DNA of 64,000 bases, from positions 345,960,001 through 346,024,000 of the forward strand of contig OZ024743.1 of the NCBI GenBank assembly GCA_964016885.1. Direction: 5' to 3'. The DNA is from Eledone cirrhosa. Its lineage: Eukaryota. The first letter of the stretch is position 1, and every line of letters begins with the position of its first letter. Positions 55,380-64,000 of the stretch are shown here, piece after piece. A model generated the notes under the pieces. That model had not been told where the DNA came from. It did no database searches and saw only the letters and a program-made list of their open reading frames with translations. The position numbers were made by a program, and so were the translations under genes.

Positions 55380-56720
55380 ATGAGTGTCATACATACATAC
55401 ATCACATGGTACCATGGCCCCAGCACTATGTGTCAATAATTGTCACAAGTCTATTGTTTGTACCAGAGTTTTCAAGTCGCTGGCTGGACTAAAATCTCAC
55501 ACTTGTTCAGCGCATCAGTAGTGGTTCTCCTACATGGATATAAAGCAGTGGCCGTACTCGAAAACGAGTTGGCAGCCACTATATGTATGAGTGTAAGTAT
55601 GTATGTTTGCATATATGTATGTAAGTATGTATGTCCTCTGTTTTTCTGAATTGTAATTCATTTTTGACCAGCTACCTTCAGAGAGGCATGATTCGAAAAA
55701 AAAAAGGAAATTATATTCGTCTCTTGTGTAAGCGTTCATTCTTTGAATCTGAAGAATGTTTTACAGATATGTTTGTTTCCAGATATCGAGGCCATTTGTA
55801 GCTTATGAATTAAGGAGTTACGTTATTTTTCCACATATCCAAGATCAGTTATATTTGGTCCAGGTGGGTTGGTAAATGACCTGTAGCTCCAATAATAATG
55901 GTTAATAAGTTAAACGTGTATCTTGGATACTGGTCTTCCAAACTCTTCATCAGTGCTCTGTAGATATCTCCCTTATTTTGCATTTTCTTATCACACTGAC
56001 ATCAAGTGGGTAGCTGACTTCTACAACAGAGCATATTTTTAATGTGTGATATTACAACAATACCAGGTTGGTTGAACTTTAATTTGGGTGAAATTGTTAT
56101 TTTTAGGTTCTACCAATATTTCCGTGGGACACGATATTATGCCTTTCCACAGGCAAGGAAGCAAACACACCTTGGCATTGCTCCAAAGATATCTAAAATT
56201 CCAGCCGCGTTCTGAATATATAGCCGGCTGTACTGCGTAAAAACCTTACTGGTCATCAGCTAGCTTGGACTCAACAATCTCCTAGTATCTCTTTGGTCGA
56301 ATGTCATTTTCCCCAGCATCCTTGTCATATTTGAGCTATTTAATTGCCCTTGTAATACCAGCACTCAAAGATGCGTTCTACGTACATAAAAAAAACCCTG
56401 TTTGCGTCGGGCTTTGGGTCTCAGAAAGTTATTCCCCACTCTTCACGAAGATGTATCCTTCTGAACTGAGGGGAAATCCAAATGCATTTCTGATAGCATG
56501 TATAAAGCAGGACTTCTTATTACGAAGTCGGCGAATGGTCTGCAGGAAAACTTTTTGCGATGGTATGAAGATGGATTCCAGCTTAATCCAATATCCTTCC
56601 ATGTCTTAATTGTGGACGCCTTTACTGACTCTGCTATGACTTTTTGTGCCTGCTTTTACTTCAAGTGCGAGAAAGATGACTTATTTCTAAACCAACCTTT
56701 GTAGGCGTGTTTATGTGTGA
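55380..56720 (-). mobile_element. Second, older RLE-type non-LTR retrotransposon 3' fragment
   Basis: Minus strand gives FNQPGIVV, CSVVEVSYPLDV and LLTIIIGATG (RLE pattern) in broken frames, ending in a (TATG)n tract. Confidence 0.6.
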
Positions 56721-57306
56721 ACCTGATAAAAACATATTCTGCTTGTTCGTTTGTTATAAAGCAATATTAACTTTCGGGGTTGCTTGTAAATTAATTAAAA
56801 TAAATTGAACGGAAATATAACACATAGCATGTGGAATGTGAAGATTGTCAAAATCAGAGAAAAGATTATGAAGAGTGTTTTATGTGCATAATGAAACAGG
56901 TATCGAAACTCCATTCCTTGTGAAACAGATTGCCAACAGCTAAAAGTAATAGGTAATTAATGGGTGTGAAACAAATTGTATTTGCATATATAAATATATA
57001 AATGTGTGTATAACTATGCGTGATACGCGCCTGTTTATATATATGATTATGTATAAGTATATATGTGTATATACATATATATGTGTGCTCAAGTATAGCT
57101 CTTTTTAAAAAACGTTTTTTTTTTTCCATTTCAGGTAGACGCGCGCCATCATCCACTTTTCTAAATAAAAAAAATCTTACACAAAACGCCAGCACCAACA
57201 GTTTTGCAAGAGATGTCAACATGAATGGACCTATTATTTTTATCTGTAGACATGTTTTCCAATTCCATCCCTCCCGTCCCCTTAATCTATTTTATTTCCC
57301 ATTTAT

Positions 57307-57342
57307 TCTTCTGATGAAGGACTAGCATCCGAAACGTTAAGA
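57307..57342 (+). ncRNA. Ultra-minimal type I hammerhead ribozyme
   Basis: UCUU-CUGAUGA-A-GGA CUAGCA UCC-GAA-ACGU-U-AAGA. The palindromic ACGU stem III is typical of PLE HHRs. Confidence 0.8.
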
Positions 57343-57424
57343 CCCTCTTCCTGCTATATCAGGCATTAACCTAATATATACGTTCCATATACTGTACCGA
57401 TTGTGTTGTTATTTCTGTTTACCT

Positions 57425-57461
<37 letters not shown>

Positions 57462-57546
57462 ATATCACGATAAATTACGGAGCCATGGACTCTCGCTATT
57501 CCTTGTCAATAATGTGCTCAAAGGAGAAGGAATCCTGAACTGTTTG

Positions 57547-58195
57547 AAATACAATATGTTGAAAAGGTAACACAGTATAGAGAGATAGTGCGTCATCAAT
57601 AAAACATGAAAAAACTACCAGTGTATGTAAGCTAATGTAATCTATAACCTATGAAAGGCAGGGTAGACACACGATAATTAAAAATATAAATTAAAGTGTA
57701 TATACATACTTCAATAGCTATATAACACACGTACAAATCCAAAGAGATCTGTTTCGCCAATAAGTTGTTGACCCTGTTTGGTTGAGCACACTTCTCTGAG
57801 TGGTTTTGCGCTGCCCTTTCTAGCAGCTCGTCCCTCAGACACCACTGGTTCACCGCCCTAAACACGCTGTGACTTCTCTCTCCCAGGTGTAACTGGACGG
57901 TCACTTTAAATTCTCTTAGAGTTGTCTGAAATGTATAGCCTTACACACGCTGATGAACCATGGGCTATTTCATTTCTGTCAACAACTTATTGGCGAAACA
58001 GATCTCTTTGGATTTGTACGTGTGTGTTATATAGTTATAGAGGTATGTATATACACTTTAATTTATATTTTTAATTATCGTGTGTCTACCCTGCCTTTCA
58101 TAGGTTATAGATTCCATACACTGGTGGTTTTTCCCTGTTTTATTGATGGCGCACTATCTCTCTCAAGTGTGTTACCTTTTCAACATATTGTATTT
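57547..58195. repeat. Inverted repeat (arms about 220 bp) of pLTR-like sequence
   Basis: 57547-57771 is the reverse complement of about 57978-58195. Confidence 0.9.
57943..58025 (+). ncRNA. Type I hammerhead ribozyme with a full 8-bp stem III
   Basis: ACACACG-CUGAUGA-ACCAUGGG...CUUAUUGGC-GAA-ACAGAUCU CUUU GGAUUUGU-A-CGUGUGU. GUA site ends at 58018. The 10.1-11.1 pair is A-C. Confidence 0.82.
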
Positions 58196-58196
58196 T

Positions 58197-58288
<92 letters not shown>

Positions 58289-58933
58289 GTGGGTTTTTTT
58301 ACAAAATGAAAAAAACGAGACGTCCCACTCGAGTGACAGTATAAGGAAAATAGATGAAGTCGAAAATGCAACTGGAGTCTTTTTAAGAATATTTATTTGG
58401 TTCCTTTATCGGTTTCGCAGTTCTTGTGCTTTTCAAAAGCAGAATTGAGATGGAGGGTTTGTGGTTTTTCTCGCATCTCGCATATATATATGTGTGTGTG
58501 TATAAATATGTACATATATATATATATATCTACGACAATACAAATCTCCCTCCCTATGCTGTATACTATAAACATTATTTTCTCATCGTCACTCCATCCT
58601 TATTCAATTTTTTTGCTTTCGTGCATGAGATATTTCTATACTTCTAGTCACTCTGTTTTTCCTCATCTGTTTCTCTCTCTGTCTTTCACTTCTTCTTTCT
58701 TCAATAATTTAAATTATTTAAATCTCTAACATTTATGTAAGTTTGTATTATATTAGTAGTTGTTTATTATTATGTATCTTTATAAGCTTTCTCAAACGCA
58801 CCCTCTGTATTATATGTAATTTTTTCATGTCTCAATCTTAAGGTATAAAAATATTGAGTTTTGTCATTTCTTATTCACTGCCATGACTGAATTTTTAACC
58901 ATCTACTTAGTCAGGATATGTCATGCATCATCT

Positions 58934-58995
58934 TATTTTATCTGATGAGGGCGTACTGTTGAAGATAGCTCCTCTGAAATATGTATAATAAAATA
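58934..58995 (+). ncRNA. Type I hammerhead ribozyme (Naiad pLTR family), stem II decayed
   Basis: UAUUUUAU-CUGAUGA-...-GAA-AUAUGUAU-A-AUAAAAUA. Flanks are homologous to 21090-21290 and 42670-42870. Confidence 0.72.
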
Positions 58996-59134
58996 TAATT
59001 GATCACACGAATGTCTATTTTTGTTAATATTTTGAATTAATATTAATAACTCCGGAAAACCATTACTCTGGAGTGCTTCTAATATATTGTAAAACTTTAT
59101 TCTTTGATTTATTAATTGAACCTTGTTTAACCTT

Positions 59135-59220
<86 letters not shown>

Positions 59221-60215
59221 GTGAGAGAGAGAGGGGGAGGGATAGTAAGGAAGATACAGATTGAGAGAGAATCAAGTAAAAACATATAAAAGATATCGAG
59301 TTTGATAGATAGTGAGATGTTTTATTTTCAATGAACTGGCAGAAAGAAACATATATACACAACATTGAGAATTTGATATCAACGGTAACTGATAGATGAA
59401 AAAAGTAGACCCGAAATATCAAACTAAATGATTTTGCATAGATAACAGAGATATTTAGGACCATACAGGTAAAAAATTCATTGTTCAGTGTCTAAGATGT
59501 CTTCCAGAAGATTCGTGTTCAACGAAAATACGAAACAACTCAGGATCCATGAAAAATATGCGTAAAAAGAAAATATTTCATAGAAAATCTAGAAAAGTAA
59601 ATTTCCAAAATAAAACAATATTTAAAAAAATAAACATATATATGCTTTGATATGCATAAATATGCCCACCACGACCCTAAGCACACGCAAATCTATGACT
59701 ATATATATATATATATTTTTTTTTTTGAATTTGTTTTGCCAAATTTCTTATCTGAAAACTTGTGTCGAAACAGATATTCTCACAATTTGGGAGGGTCAAG
59801 CTGCCAAACACACGCACCTGTTCGGTTCACTTCAATTCATCATACATTTCCCGGATGCTTGTTTATATATTATCAAAGCTCAATCGTCACACTTTCAGTG
59901 TACTCCCTAGTGACTAGGTTTTTACTTAGATTCTCACCTTTGTTCTTTCCTACACCATCTTCTGAAAACCAACAGGTACGTGCGGTTTTATTGGCAGCAT
60001 AACCCTCCCAAAGTATAACAATATATATATATATATAATTCAAGAAAGAAGAGTGACATGCGAAAGTGAGGAAGATACACAAGGCATGGCTTTTATATTT
60101 CTTACTTGTATTGATGTTATTATTTTAACTATTCAGTATCTAGTTATTTTATTATTGATATTGTTATTCTGGTTTAATACCACTCCTCTATAACCTTGTG
60201 TGTCTTCCTCACTTT

Positions 60216-60340
60216 CGCATGCTCTGATGAAAACGCCTGGTTATAAACAAAGTATTTGAGATCGATCGACGCAACATCAAGCGAGTAGTGAACTCTAGAC
60301 CTGCCAGATCAAAGAAATAATTGTCAGCAATGCGAATAAA
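60216..60340 (+). ncRNA. Type I hammerhead ribozyme with an 83-nt stem II region
   Basis: CGCAUGCU-CUGAUGA-(83 nt)-GAA-AUAAUUGU-C-AGCAAUGCG-AAUAAA. Canonical GUC site ends at 60325. Confidence 0.72.
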
Positions 60341-61304
60341 GCCCTTATTGTATAGCAAACTATGTCACTCTTCTTTCTTGAATTGTTATTACTCCAAGTA
60401 TAAACTACATAGAAATCACCGCGAACTCGCAGCATCACTATGGAAACGTCTTTTTGAGTCAAACTAAGCCACACGTTAATACCATCGGAGTACTCTAACA
60501 GGACTACATCTAAGTGGACTGCCTATAATGGTAACCTGTTATCCCGTATATATATATATATATATTTATCTATACTTGTGTATAATGGTAGCTATGGTGC
60601 TTCCATAGGCGGTATGCCAAAATTAGCACTCAATATTCACCAGAGTAGAGTGTCGATAGTATAAAAAAACTAAAAATCAGTGTTACAATTGTTAAGCCGG
60701 CAGATAGCTCGAGACATGGTCCCTGTATGGATCTGGCTGATTCTACGGCTTCAGGCTCCTTCAGACACGGGTAGTTCGTTCGGAGCAAATTTTATCACTG
60801 GGGTGTTATCATAAAAAAAACACCTTCAAAAATCCTCTTGTCATGGCATTGGCTGTTGTTACTCTACGTCATCTTAAGTTCTGGTCACTATTTACTGCTA
60901 CACGGGTCATCAGCCATTTTCCGGAGTCATGCTGGGTTCAGTATCTCACACGTCTGTTCACACTCCAGGTATGTACACACGCATACATATACACACACAC
61001 ACATATACGCACACAGGCAGACACAGACACATGCGTGCATACACATATGTAGCCCCCCCCCCCCACATATATATATATATACACGTACACACTCTCCCTT
61101 TCTTCCACAGACCCAGGCACAACCACTTCTAGATACCGACCGCCACAAGCCTATTAGCGCCTGCATAAGTCGCACCAAATATCCGGTCCGACAGACACGG
61201 CCCACGCAAACATACACATATATACACACATACGCGCGCACACATAACTACGCACAACCTTATATACATATATATACACACATACATACACACATATACA
61301 TACT

Positions 61305-61480
<176 letters not shown>

Positions 61481-61836
61481 CATATATATATACATGCACA
61501 CACATACATACAGAATACACATACGTACACAAAATTACAAACACATATACATACATACACACATATATATATACAAAAGAAACCTACATGCATACGCACA
61601 CTCACAAATATACATACATATATACATGCAGATATATATACATCTACATATAAATAGGCACACGAACGGCCACATGCAGACACATGCACATATGCATATT
61701 TGCCTACACACACATGTTTCCACATATACATATATAAACAAAACCGTAAAATAAAAATACATTATATAATAAAATACACAATATACCATAAAATAACGGT
61801 AAAATAACATAACATAAAATATCAATATAGTATACA

Positions 61837-61895
<59 letters not shown>

Positions 61896-62897
61896 GCACA
61901 CACATTCATACATACATATACGGATATATGCAATGGATATATGATAAAATAATAAAATTAATAGTAATAAAATATATATATAATCTATATATAATCATCC
62001 GTTCATATTCCTGTGAGATGTACACAAACATATACATGTATACACAAATACACATACACATATATAGAGGCTCAGATATACATACACCCGCACCCATACA
62101 TAAATATATACATACGCACCCACATACAGAAACATCTCCTACGTAGCTATACGTACATACACACACACACATATATATATACACACTCAGCCACATACGT
62201 ACATACATGTACATGCATGCACACACACGCGATCATAAGCTCATGCATATACGTACACATGCACATATACACCCCCATACACACCCACGTATATATATAT
62301 ATATCTACATACACACACACATACATATACATACGCACATGTCTACACATAAAACACATATATAAACGCAACAGGATAATAAAATAAAATAAATAAATTT
62401 ACAATATTTTAGAATACAAACAAATCTGTATGTAACTTCACAAATAGATACACGAAAGAAAAAAAAAAGGGGGTAAATAAAAAACGGGGGGTGGGGTACA
62501 GGAGAAGGTACGTGTATCCATGTGATATACTACGCACAGGTAGTATGAGGTGCAAACTTAGGTCCGTATATAGAACAAGTAACAGTAACAAAACAATAAT
62601 GACAGTAATAATCATTGTTCCAAAGTGGAAAATGTGGAGAGTATATAGTCACGATTGACGGGGTACATATTCAAGGGGACGCCCGTCCCATTCACCATGT
62701 GGCATGGCACCGTGGCTGGGGTGTGCTGTTCTATATGTTTGGGGTATCGGACCGGGCGACCGTGGGCCCCGTGTTAGCCGGTCCCGGCCTAGGCGATGTA
62801 TCTGCCCAATGTTGCGTGCTCGGTCAGGTTCGCCCCTGGTTTACATATGTTTACCACACGAGTTGCACAATGTCATCGGGGCATGGCGTCAGGTCCC

Positions 62898-64000
62898 CTA
62901 ATCCCGTTGGGCCTTTCGGGTCTGTGCGTACCCGTTCACATGCCCCCAGCCTGCGCCACCAGGAGGATTCCATGCTGCAAATGTGCATCTTCTCTGGTGT
63001 CTGCAGATCATGATAATTTCAGACTTCAGGTTGACGGCGTCATCCTTCAGTCTGACAATCTCCATCGCCTCGTGTAGGCATAATCGGCACTTTCTACTCC
63101 CAGCCGAATATGACCTCGCATGGCGAACGATACTCCATTCCAGGGCGTATGGAATGCCTTGTTCTTTCATGTCCCCCACCAGATCCGCTAACCTAGTGGA
63201 GTGCCTTTTGCTACGGTCACTGAAGGAATTCGTGTGATTATACATCCGCGATTTAAAGATCGTGGATGTTGCGCCGATGGGTTGTAATCACATACTTGTA
63301 TATCAGGTCCTTAATCAGGAATTTTAACTGTAGGGGGCACTGGGTGCCGGCTCTGCGGTTCCAAGTTCTGTTGTCAGTTTTTACGCATCCGATGTCCGGG
63401 CCTCGATCTGTTATGGCCCTCTCAAGGTTCCCAGGGTGTTGTTCCGCCGACACTGTTGTCTCCTCTATGCCACTAGTTCCCTCTCAACGTTAGATCACTC
63501 ACCCTCAGCGGGCGTTCTTGTCGCCTCGGGGGCCGGGTTTTCATTTGAGGGCCGGTCCCTGGGTGCTTCTCCGCGCTCCGAAAGACGGTCATTCTGTCGC
63601 CGCGGTTGACGGCCAGTGTGCGCCATCTTTATCGCATTAGTTTTAGCAATGTAGTCGGCCATGTTAGGTGCTGTGGTGAAGGAAAACTTCACCGTGTGGC
63701 AGTTGTAGATTTTGTGTTACTTGTTTATCGGCGGAAAGCACTCATCCAACGCTCGGGAAAAAAATCCTGGCACGTTGGTGCGTACATGTTTGGAGTAAGG
63801 CGCATTAAACCAAGTAACGGCCTTAGATCTGTTCCTTCGTGTGCGTGGATTCTTGTTGGGGTGTGCTGGAACTGATGTCCGTCATGTGCTCCGCCCAAGC
63901 ACAATTACATCCCGTGGGTTGTCTCTATCTATTTTCCCGCTATGGGCGTCTGGTTATGCCATTCAGTTATAAAGTTACGTCGTTCTATGTGGTGAGCTAT
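62898..64000 (-). pseudogene. Naiad-type PLE (GC-richer family): RT thumb, long linker and GIY-YIG; continues beyond the window
   Basis: RSKAVTWFNAPYSKHVRTN...HTVKFSF, decayed TWNRRAGTQCPLQLK, IGATSTIFKSRMYNH, LEWSIV, KCRLCLHE, ICRHQ. Contains stops and a frameshift. Confidence 0.9.

Noticed and set aside
57121-57235. Strong splice-acceptor-like TTTTTTCCATTTCAG
   Set aside because: There is no matching donor or plausible coding exon downstream.

Overview
AT-rich, microsatellite-saturated metazoan intergenic or intronic DNA. The SINE and LINE complement suggests a coleoid cephalopod, probably Octopus (inference). I could not support any host protein-coding exon, and almost all listed ORFs are microsatellite translations. 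The window is a transposon graveyard: decayed Penelope-like elements (PLEs) of the Naiad type, RTE, L1/Tx1 and Dong/R4-like LINEs, a fold-back mariner, a probable Gypsy relic and many tRNA-derived Meta-domain SINEs. Two linked observations stand out. (1) At least 10 recognisable type I hammerhead ribozyme (HHR) motifs of several architectures are present, found by hand base-pairing. (2) Fold-back inverted repeats are very dense, from about 50 bp to a 7.5 kb near-perfect palindrome. Many carry or centre on PLE pLTR/HHR sequence, and several share an 'arm with microhomology-bounded deletion' architecture. All structure calls are manual. Catalytic activity and expression are untested.
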